Origin: an uncultured Thermoguttaceae bacterium
GTDB lineage: Bacteria > Planctomycetota > Planctomycetia > Pirellulales > Thermoguttaceae
DNA: 64,000 nt
Direction of reading: 5' to 3'
Assembly (NCBI GenBank): GCA_937951625.1
Contig: CALFBP010000009.1
Coordinates: 20,203 to 84,202, forward strand
Below, in pieces: positions 55,050-64,000 of the stretch (its first letter is position 1; each line of letters starts with the position of its first letter). The notes under the pieces were generated by a model. The model was not told the origin of the DNA, ran no database searches, and saw nothing but the letters and a program-made list of their open reading frames with translations. Made by a program: the position numbers and the translations under genes.

Positions 55050-58000
55050 ATGTCCGTTTGGACTCCTTCGTCGTTCAGGCCGCCCAAGGCGATGTTGCTT
55101 GCGGCGCTCGCCTTGGTGGGAATCGGGCTTTCGCTCGCCGCCTATGCGATGTTCGCAGCCCAACAGCGGAAGCTTCTTGAATCTCAACTCGAAGCCGACG
55201 CGGAGCAGCGGCATCGGGCGATCGAGCGGCGTCTGCGATCCGATGTGACCTCGGTGTACCAGCTTTCACCGTTCCTTGGGGAACAGGGGCCAGGCACGCG
55301 GGAGGATTTTCACCGCCTGGCCGAGGGAATCTTGGGAACCAACCAAGATCTCGCAGCCCTGATGTGGATCCCGCGGGTCCGAGCAAGCCACCGCAACGAG
55401 CACGAGGCGGCGGCTCGGGCACAGGGATTGACCGATTATCGGATCCGCCCTTGGGCGTCCGCGGGCGAGCCCAAAAGCGACAAGCTTGCGAAGCCGCTTG
55501 ATTATTCCTTACCCATTTATTTCGCCGAACCGCAGGATCGCCAAGCTGGTAAACGAGGAATCGACTTGGCCACGGCGCCGCTCCTTGCCGCCGAGCTTGC
55601 CGAGGTGGTGGCAATGGGGCGACCAGGGCAAATGGGTCGGCTCCTGGTGACGCGGCCCATGCCTTGGGGCGACGATCACCACGGATACACGGCAATCCTT
55701 GTCTTCCGGCCGATGTTCGACAACGCCTTACCCTCGGATACCGACCAGGACCGCCGCGAGAAATTGGTGGGCTATCTGGCGGTCGTGATTCGCGTCGACG
55801 CCATGCTGGAAGGGGCGCTGTATATTTTCACTCCGGAGATCCACGTGGCGATGTTCGACGACGCGGCTCCCAACGGGCGGGAGTTCCTCTGCGGATTCGA
55901 CGCAGACGCCGGGCGAGCGTTCTTTTCTCCACCGGTTTCCGGAGTGACATTTGGCGGCAACGGCCCATGGCTCCGCATGGCGATGGAGGTCCCTGGCCGC
56001 ACTTGGTCCATTGAGTTCCATCCCGCCAGCAGCTACTTGACCCGGCATCGGGGACCATTGCCGATGGTGGTCTTGGTTTTCGGCTTGTTGTTGACGGCGC
56101 TGGTGACCACCTACGCGACCACGCTGATGAGTCGAGCGGCCGGGGTCGAAAAACTCGTGGAGCAGCGGACCGCCGAACTCGCTCACGAACGATTCCTCCT
56201 CGACACGCTCCTCAACCATTCGCCCGACTACATCTATTTCAAGGACGCGGAAAGCCGCTTCCTCCGCATCAGCCGGGCCTTGGCGAGCTACTTCGGCTTG
56301 AACGATCCGGCCGAGGCCGTGGGCAGGACGGATTTCGATTTCTTTGAGGCCCATCGGGCCCGACAGTATCGAGCGGATGAGGAGCAAATCATGCGAACGG
56401 GCCTGCCCATCGTCAACAAGGAAGAGGAGCAGCCTTGGCCCGACGGCCGCGTGACCTGGCTGTCCACCACCAAGGTCCCGTTGTTCGATGCGCAGGGCCG
56501 GGTGATCGGCACGTTCGGCATCTCGCGGGACGTGACCGCGCAGAAGCGGGCCGCCGAAGAGGTCCGTCAAGCCCGCGACGCCGCCGAGGCCGCCAGCCGT
56601 GCCAAGAGCGATTTTTTGGCGAACATGAGCCACGAGATCCGCACGCCGATGAATGCCATTATCGGCATGACCGAACTGGTGCTCGACACCAAGCTTTCCG
56701 CCGTGCAGCGAGATTACCTGACCATGGTCCAGGCCTCGGCCGAATCGCTCTTGGCCATTTTGAACGACGTGCTGGATTTCTCCAAGGTCGAAGTAGGCAA
56801 ACTCGAGCTCCATCCCACGTTATTCGATCTCGAGGAAGAACTGAGCAAGGCCACCAAGTCGCTGGCCACGAAAGCCCACGCCAAGGGCTTGGAGCTGGCT
56901 TGCCGTATCCGCCCCGGCACGCCTTCGCAGTTTGTGGGCGACGCCACCCGGCTCCGGCAAATCCTAGTCAACCTCTTGAGCAACGCGATCAAGTTCACGG
57001 AGCATGGCGAGGTGCTGGTCGAGGTCGACAGTAGTCCGGCGGGCGAGGGCAATACCGGCGAGGAGGTCATGCTCCATATCGCGGTGAGCGACACGGGAAT
57101 CGGCATCCCGCCCGATAAGCTCCATAGGATCTTCGACGCCTTCGAGCAGGTCGACACGTCGACCACGCGGAGATTCGGCGGCGTGGGGCTCGGGCTGGCG
57201 ATTTGCTCGCGCCTGGTGGAGTTGATGGGTGGGAAGATTTGGGTAGAAAGCGAAGTCGGGCGGGGGAGCACGTTCCATGCGACCGCTCGGCTGCGGCTTG
57301 CGAGGGACGGCGCTACCCAGCCTGCCGCCCTGCCCGACGCGATCCGAGGCGTCCGCATCCTTATCGTCGATGACAATGCCACCAACCGGCGGATCCTCGA
57401 GGAGATGCTCGCCAATTGGGGGATGAGTTCGGTTTCGGCGCCGCACGGAATCGCGGCGATCGAGGCGCTTCGCGAAGCCCGGCGCTCGGGCCGCCCCTTC
57501 CAGCTCGTGCTCACCGATGCGCACATGCCGGAACTTGATGGATTCCAACTCGCGGAACAGGTCAAGGCCGATTCGCAGTTGGGCAGTACCGTCGTCATGA
57601 TGCTCACGTCGGGCGACCGGCCGGGCGACGTGGCCCGCTGCGAGGAAATCGGCGTGGCCGCTTACTTGCTCAAACCGATTCATCAGTCGGAGCTTTTGGA
57701 CAGCATCTTGGTGGCCCTCGGCGCCTCGACCGCCCAACAGGAGTCGTCCCCGGCTCTGGCCGAGGCCGGACCGCTCCCCCCTTTACGCATTCTCTTGGCC
57801 GAGGACAGCTTGGTGAATCAGAAACTGGCGGTGGGCTTGTTGAGCAGGCACGGCCACTCGGTCATCGTGGCCAATGACGGCCAGGAGGCCGTGGCCGCCC
57901 TCGCTCAACACGAGGTGGATTTGGTGTTGATGGACGTGCAGATGCCCGTCATGGACGGCTTCGAGGCCACGGCCGCGATCCGCGCCAGAGAGAAGCGGTC

Positions 58001-58166
58001 GGGCAAGCACGTCCCCATCCTCGCCATGACCGCCCACGCCCTGAAAGGCGACCGCGAGCGCTGCCTCGAAGCCGGCATGGACGACTATATCGCCAAACCG
58101 ATCTCGGCCAATCAGCTTTTGGCCAAAATGCGCGAGCTGGCGTGCCGATTCGCCCTGCCCCGCTGA
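55050..58166 (+). CDS. Hybrid sensor histidine kinase with the order TM-CHASE-TM-PAS-HisKA-HATPase-REC-REC and no Hpt. It is a paralog of 40320..44063.
   Basis: 1038 aa. The H-box is [22 protein letters not shown]. The ATPase has [14 protein letters not shown] and [11 protein letters not shown]. The receivers have [12 protein letters not shown]...[12 protein letters not shown] and [12 protein letters not shown]...[13 protein letters not shown]. The protein ends shortly after the second receiver. Confidence 0.9.
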   Translation: MSVWTPSSFRPPKAMLLAALALVGIGLSLAAYAMFAAQQRKLLESQLEADAEQRHRAIERRLRSDVTSVYQLSPFLGEQGPGTREDFHRLAEGILGTNQDLAALMWIPRVRASHRNEHEAAARAQGLTDYRIRPWASAGEPKSDKLAKPLDYSLPIYFAEPQDRQAGKRGIDLATAPLLAAELAEVVAMGRPGQMGRLLVTRPMPWGDDHHGYTAILVFRPMFDNALPSDTDQDRREKLVGYLAVVIRVDAMLEGALYIFTPEIHVAMFDDAAPNGREFLCGFDADAGRAFFSPPVSGVTFGGNGPWLRMAMEVPGRTWSIEFHPASSYLTRHRGPLPMVVLVFGLLLTALVTTYATTLMSRAAGVEKLVEQRTAELAHERFLLDTLLNHSPDYIYFKDAESRFLRISRALASYFGLNDPAEAVGRTDFDFFEAHRARQYRADEEQIMRTGLPIVNKEEEQPWPDGRVTWLSTTKVPLFDAQGRVIGTFGISRDVTAQKRAAEEVRQARDAAEAASRAKSDFLANMSHEIRTPMNAIIGMTELVLDTKLSAVQRDYLTMVQASAESLLAILNDVLDFSKVEVGKLELHPTLFDLEEELSKATKSLATKAHAKGLELACRIRPGTPSQFVGDATRLRQILVNLLSNAIKFTEHGEVLVEVDSSPAGEGNTGEEVMLHIAVSDTGIGIPPDKLHRIFDAFEQVDTSTTRRFGGVGLGLAICSRLVELMGGKIWVESEVGRGSTFHATARLRLARDGATQPAALPDAIRGVRILIVDDNATNRRILEEMLANWGMSSVSAPHGIAAIEALREARRSGRPFQLVLTDAHMPELDGFQLAEQVKADSQLGSTVVMMLTSGDRPGDVARCEEIGVAAYLLKPIHQSELLDSILVALGASTAQQESSPALAEAGPLPPLRILLAEDSLVNQKLAVGLLSRHGHSVIVANDGQEAVAALAQHEVDLVLMDVQMPVMDGFEATAAIRAREKRSGKHVPILAMTAHALKGDRERCLEAGMDDYIAKPISANQLLAKMRELACRFALPR

Positions 58167-58339
58167 CTCGCGACACCGCGACTCCGCCCCTGTTTGCGAC
58201 ATCGCGTGCCGATCGCGGTGGACGATCACGTCAACGCCGAAGCACTTTCCTGTCCCGGATCCCGCACGTCTGTCCGATGGGAAATTCTCCGCCATCTCCG
58301 CGAACGTCGGGCGTCCGTGGAGTCAACCGGTGCAAGTTT

Positions 58340-59476
58340 TCACTTCGAGGACGACTCATTCACGAGTGCATTGGCCAGCGCGAGTCCCTCGTCGACGCTG
58401 GCCACGCATCCATCAGCGCCCCAAGCCCTCACCAGGCTCTGGCAACCAGCCGCCCCGCGACCGCCCACGAGGATCTTGACCTTCGGCCCATGCCGGCTTG
58501 CCCGAATGGCGGCGATCGCCTGCTCCAGCGTGGGCAGTTGCGTCAACAGCGTTACGGACAAGCCAACCACGTCGGGCTCGAAGAAATCCACCGCCTGGCC
58601 GAGGTCTTCCGCGGGCACATTGGCCCCCAGGGAGATCACTTTCCAACCCTCGGCCTCGAACACGTCGGCCACGGCTTGAACGCCAAGGTCATGCTGGTTT
58701 CCGGCCACCGCGGCAATCAGCAGCCTTTTGCCCTCGGGCCGCTTGGCGACCAATCGCGCGTTAAGCTCGGCCATGACCGCACGCGTGGTGGCCGTGGCGA
58801 AATGTTCCTCCGCCACGTTGATTTCATCGAGCACCCACATCCGACCCAACTCTTCTTGAGCCGGCAAAAGGACCTTTCGATAGATTTCGAGAGGGGGGAC
58901 GCCCTGATCCACGGCATCGAGCACCAGCCGTCGCGCCCTGTGCCGATCGCCCTCCAGGATCGCCACCAAATACGCCGCGGCGAGCCGCCCCTCCGGCGTG
59001 TCTGCCGACAGTCGCGGCGTCATGCCCGGCGGATCCCCATGGAACTCTTGCAGGGCGCGATCCAAATACGCGATTGCCAAGGGCGCCAAGGCAGCGGGAA
59101 TCTCCTCCGCCAAGACGCTCCGCAAAGCTTCGAGGCGTGCGCGAAGAGCCCTGGGCGGAACGCCACGCGACTCCAAAGCGGCGCGAATCCAACGGACTTG
59201 TTCGACGAAACGCTCCGGCGTTCCCGTCAAGACCGCGACCGACAGCTCCTCAAGGCGGGCAGTCAAAAGGTGGTGCCACTGCTGGAACTGAGTTGCGGCA
59301 GGGTCGGATTCGCCGCTCATGTGTTCAACAACCGATGCCTCCGCCGTAGCTCCCGAATCGCTTGGGTTCCCCAGACTTTCCCCTGGCTCGGACACCTTTT
59401 CCAAAGCGTAGGCGGCCAACGCCCTCGCCCCGTTTTTCAGTATTTTGGCAAGCGTCTGCTCGGGCTGAGCCATCAT
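58340..59476 (-). CDS. Cobalamin (B12)-binding-domain protein of the CarH/LitR photoreceptor type that lacks a recognisable DNA-binding domain.
   Basis: 378 aa. The four-helix-bundle cap motif W-x9-E-H is RMWVLDEINVAEEH. The Rossmann B12-binding region is LLIAAVAGNQHDLG...VISLGANVP...VVGLSVTLL...KILVGGRG. The N-terminal region of about 165 aa is helical, Ala/Leu/Arg-rich and unassigned. The ATG overlaps the sigma-factor stop as ATGA. Confidence 0.65.
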   Translation of the reverse strand: MMAQPEQTLAKILKNGARALAAYALEKVSEPGESLGNPSDSGATAEASVVEHMSGESDPAATQFQQWHHLLTARLEELSVAVLTGTPERFVEQVRWIRAALESRGVPPRALRARLEALRSVLAEEIPAALAPLAIAYLDRALQEFHGDPPGMTPRLSADTPEGRLAAAYLVAILEGDRHRARRLVLDAVDQGVPPLEIYRKVLLPAQEELGRMWVLDEINVAEEHFATATTRAVMAELNARLVAKRPEGKRLLIAAVAGNQHDLGVQAVADVFEAEGWKVISLGANVPAEDLGQAVDFFEPDVVGLSVTLLTQLPTLEQAIAAIRASRHGPKVKILVGGRGAAGCQSLVRAWGADGCVASVDEGLALANALVNESSSK

Positions 59477-60087
59477 GAGGAAGCCTCCTCTTCGGACGGC
59501 GCGCCGCTTTTGCTGGCGACGCTCTTTTTCGATGCGACCTCCAGCAATTGCCGCAACCGAATCAGTCCGCGACGTGAATGCGTTTTCACCGTTCCCAGCG
59601 GAAGCCGCGTGGCTTCGGCGATCTCTTGCTGCGAGAGCCCCTCATCAAAAGAAAGTTCCAGGACGCGGCGTTGCTCAGGCCGGAGTTGCGCAAACAAACT
59701 TCGTACTCGGCGGCCTTCTTCCAGTGTCTCCAGCCGCTCCGACTCCGACGGCATCGTAGCCGCCGGCTCGGCGACGATCGACGTTGCCTCGGGCCGCCGC
59801 GTCCGCCGCCGGTTCCGGTCGATCAGCCGCCGTCGCGCCAACATGGCTACGAAGGTACTCTCCGCGGCCACGGAAGGGTCGAATCGCCCCGCGTGCCGCC
59901 ATAACTCGATGAAAATCTCTTGCACGGCGTCTTCGGCATCGGCGTGGTCATTCGTGAACCGACGCGCCATCGACCACACCAGTCCGCGATACTGCTCCAT
60001 GCATTCATCGACGGCGCGAGAGTCGCCCTCCGCGATCCGTTCTAGAATCGTCCGCGGTGTGTTTCCTATTTCGCTTAACGAGAGCAT
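59473..60087 (-). CDS. ECF-type RNA polymerase sigma-70 family factor.
   Basis: 204 aa. Region 2 is YRGLVWSMARRFTNDHADAEDAVQEIFIELWRHAGRFD...TFVAMLARRRLIDRNRRR. Region 4 is LSFDEGLSQQEIAEATRLPLGTVKTHSRRGLIRLRQLL. Confidence 0.85.
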   Translation of the reverse strand: MLSLSEIGNTPRTILERIAEGDSRAVDECMEQYRGLVWSMARRFTNDHADAEDAVQEIFIELWRHAGRFDPSVAAESTFVAMLARRRLIDRNRRRTRRPEATSIVAEPAATMPSESERLETLEEGRRVRSLFAQLRPEQRRVLELSFDEGLSQQEIAEATRLPLGTVKTHSRRGLIRLRQLLEVASKKSVASKSGAPSEEEASS

Positions 60088-60169
60088 CGAAGTCCACTAG
60101 GGAGCACGTCGGCAGTCTAATTGCGAGTTTGGCACGCCGCGGGCCAAAAGGCAAGCCACTCTTGGCAAA

Positions 60170-60194
60170 ACGCCGTAAGGCCCCCGAAGGTTCC
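60170..60194 (-). promoter_or_regulatory. Candidate ECF-type promoter (GGAAC-N17-CGT) upstream of the sigma gene.
   Basis: The minus strand reads GGAACCTTCGGGGGCCTTACGGCGTTTT. GGAAC lies at 60194-60190 and CGT at 60172-60170, about 80-105 nt upstream of the sigma start codon. This is a pattern match only. Confidence 0.3.
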
Positions 60195-60496
60195 CCTATC
60201 GTACACGATCCCAAAACGAACATTGCCCCTCCCATCTCTTCGAGCAAAAACAACCCCTGCGGGTGTCACTCCGGAATGGAGAGAGATGCCTTGAGAAAAA
60301 TGGCCTCGCTTTGGGGACATTGGGACGACGGTCGCACCGCTGGTTCCGATTTTTTCCGACCGAAGCAGTGGAGCCGGTGTCAAGAGCCAGTCGATTCCCG
60401 TACAATACGTCTCTGTCTCCCGGGTTTTGAAGACATCGCGATGACCTTGTGCTCTCTGGAGACACCAAAAAACGCCCGATTGCGAGGAGGCGTGCC

Positions 60497-61972
60497 ATGC
60501 GACCGGCTTTCTGGCCGATGCTGATGCTTTTGCTTTGTTGGAATTGTTGGGACTACGCCTCGGCGGAGGCCGCAGAGGGAGTCCAAGGACGCAAGCTTAA
60601 GGTCAGCGAAAATCGCCGATTCCTGATTTATGAAGACGGCACGCCGTTTTTCTACCTCGGGGATACGGCCTGGGAATTGTTCCATCGTCTCAACCGGGAG
60701 GAGGCGGACCGCTATCTGGAGGATCGCGCGAAGAAGGGGTTTACGGTCATTCAAGCCGTGGCCCTCGCCGAATTGGATGGCTTGAACACGCCCAACGCTT
60801 ACGGCCATCGTCCCTTGATCGGAAACGACCCGACCAAGCCCGACGTCAAGGAAGGGCCGCAGAACGACTATTGGGACCACGTCGATTACATTGTCGACAA
60901 GGCCAACGCCTTGGGGTTGTTTGTGGGCTTTCTGCCGACATGGGGCGACAAATGGAACAAGAAATGGGGCGTGGGAGGCTGTTCGTTCACCCCGCAAAGT
61001 GCCGAGGTCTATGGCGAGTGGATTGGCCGCCGCTACAAGGACAAGGCCATCATCTGGATCCTTGGCGGCGACCGGCCGGTGGAAAACGACGAGCACCGTA
61101 AAATCATCCGGGCCATGGCGAAGGGGTTGAGCCGAGGCGACGGCGGCACGCACCTCAAGACGTTTCATCCGGTAGGTGGGGAAAGTTCCTCGACGTGGTG
61201 GCATCACGACGAGTGGCTCGACTTCAACATGCGTCAGAACGGACATGTCGCTGATTTCACCGGCCGGTATGAGCGGACTCGGGCGGATTACGACCGTGTA
61301 CCGATTAAACCGGTGCTGGACGGCGAGCCGATCTACGAGGACCATCCGATCGGCTTCGACGCCAAAAAGAACGGCTATGCGACCGCAGCCGACGTGCGGA
61401 GGCCGCTTTATTGGGACTTGTTCAGCGGGGCATGTGGCCACACCTACGGGAATCACGCGGTGTGGCAAATGTGTGACCCGCGCCGCTTTGCGCCAGTCAA
61501 TCACCCGTTGATGCCCTGGGGCGAGGCGATTCACCAGCCCGGCGCCTCGCAAATGCAACATGCCAAGAATCTTTTGCTCTCGCGGCCCTTCCTTTCACGC
61601 ATTCCCGACGATTCCGTGGTTGCGCCCGACAACGTCCCAGCCAGCGTGCCTGGGGCGGGCCGGTATCGTTTCGTGGCCACGCGCGACGCTTCCGGGAGTT
61701 ACGCCATGGTGTACGTGCCGGTCGGGCGACCATTTCAAGTCCACATGAACAAAATCCAGGGGGCGACGGTCAAGGCCTGGTGGTTCAATCCCCGAACCGG
61801 CAAAGCCGAGTTGATCGGCGAGTTTCCCAACCGTGGCACGCGACGTTTCATGCCCCCAGAGCCGGGCGAGTTGCTCGATTGGGTGTTAGTATTGGACGAC
61901 GCCGCGAAGCAGTTCCCCCCGCCCGGAAGCGTTGCAGACAGCACGTATTCCTCCCCCGGTCTAGCGCAGTAA
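60497..61972 (+). CDS. GH140/DUF4038-type glycoside hydrolase with a C-terminal PF12904-like beta-sandwich.
   Basis: The signal is [25 protein letters not shown]. Following segments are [48 protein letters not shown], and then [12 protein letters not shown]...[14 protein letters not shown]...WWFNPRTG. The ATG at 60497 lies 8 nt after GAGGAGG. Confidence 0.6.
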   Translation: MRPAFWPMLMLLLCWNCWDYASAEAAEGVQGRKLKVSENRRFLIYEDGTPFFYLGDTAWELFHRLNREEADRYLEDRAKKGFTVIQAVALAELDGLNTPNAYGHRPLIGNDPTKPDVKEGPQNDYWDHVDYIVDKANALGLFVGFLPTWGDKWNKKWGVGGCSFTPQSAEVYGEWIGRRYKDKAIIWILGGDRPVENDEHRKIIRAMAKGLSRGDGGTHLKTFHPVGGESSSTWWHHDEWLDFNMRQNGHVADFTGRYERTRADYDRVPIKPVLDGEPIYEDHPIGFDAKKNGYATAADVRRPLYWDLFSGACGHTYGNHAVWQMCDPRRFAPVNHPLMPWGEAIHQPGASQMQHAKNLLLSRPFLSRIPDDSVVAPDNVPASVPGAGRYRFVATRDASGSYAMVYVPVGRPFQVHMNKIQGATVKAWWFNPRTGKAELIGEFPNRGTRRFMPPEPGELLDWVLVLDDAAKQFPPPGSVADSTYSSPGLAQ

Positions 61973-62278
61973 CGTGACACTGGCCGAATCCCCCTCATCA
62001 TAGGGGTACTCATCCACGGTTTTCGACACCGAGGGGTCAGGCCAAGGCCGAAGGCTTCAAGCCGGGAAAGTTGTTCTCGCCCCTTTTTTTCCTCCGTACG
62101 TGCGGATCGGATGTGCTCACAATAGGGGCCCAGCTTTTTTTATTTAATCCAGATGTAACTGAATTATTTTCTGAAATCTTGAATCCTACGCCGACCGGCC
62201 CGCGAAATGTCTGGCAGGTTCGACACACGGCGGGCCAGTGAGGCTCGCGGAGACAAGCTGGGAAAAGGAGATTTGGAG

Positions 62279-62815
62279 ATGAAGACGCTGGTAGTTGTTG
62301 GTTTGGCATGTGGGCTGACCGTTGTCACCCTGAGCACTGTTTCGGCCGGGCGACGGTGCTCGTACGTAACCGAGAGTCACTCTACGGCCGCAGTCGAGTG
62401 CGATGCTAAAGACATCGTGGACACCGCGGTCGCGGCTGGCAAGTTCAAGACCCTCGCTGCGGCCTTGCAGGCGGCGGAATTGGTGGAAACATTGAAGGGC
62501 GAGGGGCCGTTCACCGTGTTCGCTCCCACCGACGAGGCATTCAATAAACTGCCCGCCGGCACCTTAGAGGATCTGCTCAAGCCAGAGAACAAAGGCAAAC
62601 TGACAAAAATTCTGACCTATCATGTCGTGCCTGGAAAAGTGATGGCGGCCGACGTGGTCAAGCTGTCGAAGGCGAAAACCGTCGAGGGATCCGAAGTCAA
62701 GATTCACGTCCATGATGGCAAGGTGAAGGTGGATAATGCGAACGTGATCGCTACCGACGTGGCAGCCTCGAATGGGGTCATTCACGTAATTGACGCCGTG
62801 ATCTTGCCGCAATAG
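62279..62815 (+). CDS. Secreted fasciclin (FAS1) domain protein.
   Basis: The signal is [27 protein letters not shown]1 motifs are [33 protein letters not shown] and [14 protein letters not shown]. The ATG at 62279 follows GGAAAAGGAG. Confidence 0.85.
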   Translation: MKTLVVVGLACGLTVVTLSTVSAGRRCSYVTESHSTAAVECDAKDIVDTAVAAGKFKTLAAALQAAELVETLKGEGPFTVFAPTDEAFNKLPAGTLEDLLKPENKGKLTKILTYHVVPGKVMAADVVKLSKAKTVEGSEVKIHVHDGKVKVDNANVIATDVAASNGVIHVIDAVILPQ

Positions 62816-62831
62816 GCTCGTAATGGCGCGA

Positions 62832-62857
62832 GGGGGCCGAATAGGCCCCCTTTTTTT
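62832..62857 (+). terminator. Rho-independent terminator downstream of the fasciclin gene.
   Basis: The stem is GGGGGCC (62832-62838) paired with GGCCCCC (62844-62850), with a GAATA loop. TTTTTTT follows at 62851-62857. Confidence 0.8.
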
Positions 62858-62993
62858 ATGCGCACGGCAACTGTGGATTGCACTTTTTTGAACCGTAAGT
62901 CACAGCGTAGCAAACACGGCGTCTGCCCGTAGGAGGAGCCGCGTCTTTTCAATCGGCGTGGCGAGACAAAGAGGCGGGCAGCGCGTCGGAGCT

Positions 62994-64000
62994 TTATGCG
63001 GCCGAGCGACGCGCAGCGGACGAACTTCGGGTACGCCGATATTCCGGCAGGAGCTCTTCGAGTCGGGTTACAATCTCCTCGGGGGCGTGGTGAGCAAGGT
63101 GTTCCAAGCGATCGATTGCGCTGGCCAGACGTTGGAAGTCGGCCGGCCGATGGTCCGCGACGATGATCTTGGGGTGAACCGTGGGAAGTTGCTGCTCGTC
63201 GGAGGATCGCAGCTCCTCGAACAGTTTTTCACCCGGGCGAAGTCCGGTGAATTCAATCGCGATGTCCTCGCCTACGCGCAGCCCAGAAAGCTCGATCATG
63301 TCGGTTGCCAGGTCGACGATACGGACGGGTTCGCCCATGTCCAGCAACAGGATCTGCCCGCTTTGCCCGATGGCGCCAGCCTGAATGACCAGTTGGGATG
63401 CCTCCGGAATGGTCATGAAGAAGCGACGCATTTCGGGGTGCGTGACCGTGACTGGGCCCCCTTCGAGGATTTGCTGGCGGAAGATGGGCACGACGCTGCC
63501 GGCCGAATCGAGCACGTTGCCGAAACGGACGGTAATGAAACGGCAGGGCGAAAAGCTGGTGAGCGACTGGACGTACATCTCGGCAACGCGTTTACAGGCC
63601 CCCATGACGCTCGTGGGGTTGACCGCCTTGTCAGTGGAAATCATGACAAACGATTCACATTGGAACTCGAGAGCCCAATCGGCCATTTGCCGCGAGGCGA
63701 CGATGATGTTTTTGACCGCCTCGCCAGGGTGGGCTTCCATGAGCGGCACATGCTTGTAGGCGGCGGCATGAAAAATGACATGGGGTCGGTGTCGTTCGAG
63801 GATGGCCCGCATCCGCTGCTTATCGAGGATGTCCCCAAGACAAACCTCGATGTCGCTCGAGGCCCCGCGGCGCGTGAGTTCCCGTTCCAAGAAAAACTGT
63901 CCGTTCTCCGAACGGTCCACGAGCACGAGCCGTTTGGGGGAGAAATGGAGAAGTTGTCGGCAAATTTCCGAGCCGATGCTGCCCGCGCTCCCCGTAATCA
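62994..64000 (-). CDS. CapD/PglF/WbpM-type polysaccharide biosynthesis protein (NDP-sugar 4,6-dehydratase). It is partial, with the 5' end beyond the window.
   Basis: The track ORF starts at an internal GTG at 63926. The same frame stays open to the window edge and reads ITGSAGSIGSEICRQLLHFSPKRLVLVDRSENG, which is the Rossmann TGxxGxxG. Downstream motifs are VIFHAAAYKHVPLME and MISTDKAVNPTSVMGACKR. Confidence 0.85.
   Translation of the reverse strand, partial: ITGSAGSIGSEICRQLLHFSPKRLVLVDRSENGQFFLERELTRRGASSDIEVCLGDILDKQRMRAILERHRPHVIFHAAAYKHVPLMEAHPGEAVKNIIVASRQMADWALEFQCESFVMISTDKAVNPTSVMGACKRVAEMYVQSLTSFSPCRFITVRFGNVLDSAGSVVPIFRQQILEGGPVTVTHPEMRRFFMTIPEASQLVIQAGAIGQSGQILLLDMGEPVRIVDLATDMIELSGLRVGEDIAIEFTGLRPGEKLFEELRSSDEQQLPTVHPKIIVADHRPADFQRLASAIDRLEHLAHHAPEEIVTRLEELLPEYRRTRSSSAARRSAA

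Noticed and set aside
1-64000. A search of the whole window for tRNA, rRNA, tmRNA, CRISPR arrays, IS elements, integrases, toxin-antitoxin pairs and defence systems.
   Set aside because: - Visual inspection of the intergenic gaps and ORF translations turned up none.
- No transposase, integrase or recombinase motifs were seen.
- No direct-repeat arrays were seen.
- No tRNA-like T-arm/acceptor patterns were seen.
- Without tRNAscan/Infernal this is absence of evidence only.

Overview
This is a high-G+C bacterial chromosomal segment that is densely coding and carries about 39 protein genes. By eye I found no rRNA, tRNA, CRISPR array, transposase or integrase. Several features suggest a Planctomycetota-type genome, although I could run no search, so that is inference only:
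- CxxCH 'planctomycete cytochrome' motifs fused to an NPCBM module.
- Giant secreted proteins.
- A Ser/Thr kinase with a proline-rich linker.
- An isolated fliM.
- TatA paralogs.
- Many hybrid sensor kinases.

Gene order from left to right:
- Two NRPS genes on the minus strand, at 1-7750. One encodes FAAL-T-C-A-T. The next encodes C-A and runs off the left edge.
- The conserved rpsB-tsf-pyrH-frr block.
- A P2-type cation ATPase, a Ser/Thr kinase, an FkbM methyltransferase and topA.
- A PpiD-like chaperone, a GT25 glycosyltransferase and a PhyH dioxygenase.
- acpS, a CPBP protease, an NAD epimerase and a Tat-signal TIM-barrel isomerase.
- proA followed directly by fliM.
- A lower-G+C islet carrying a DUF486/DMT gene.
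- A TolC-like lipoprotein and tandem tatA paralogs.
- An operon encoding a CHASE hybrid kinase with Hpt, a REC-RsbW-like kinase and a STAS antagonist.
- An approximately 10.5 kb block of four large secreted proteins: CxxCH/NPCBM, ceramidase-LamG, FGE-like and CBM9-like.
- A second, paralogous CHASE hybrid kinase.
- An ECF sigma factor translationally coupled to a CarH-type B12-binding protein.
- A GH140/DUF4038 hydrolase, a fasciclin protein with a clean terminator, and a partial CapD-type dehydratase at the right edge.

The most interesting candidates are:
- The ECF sigma/B12-binding pair, a possible cobalamin- or light-gated anti-sigma factor.
- The phosphorelay-fed partner-switching operon.
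- The secreted-enzyme block bracketed by the two paralogous kinases.
- The FAAL-primed NRPS locus.

All domain calls rest on motifs read from the supplied translations. No database search was run. The ORF track uses GTG and TTG as starts, so many 5' ends are uncertain.
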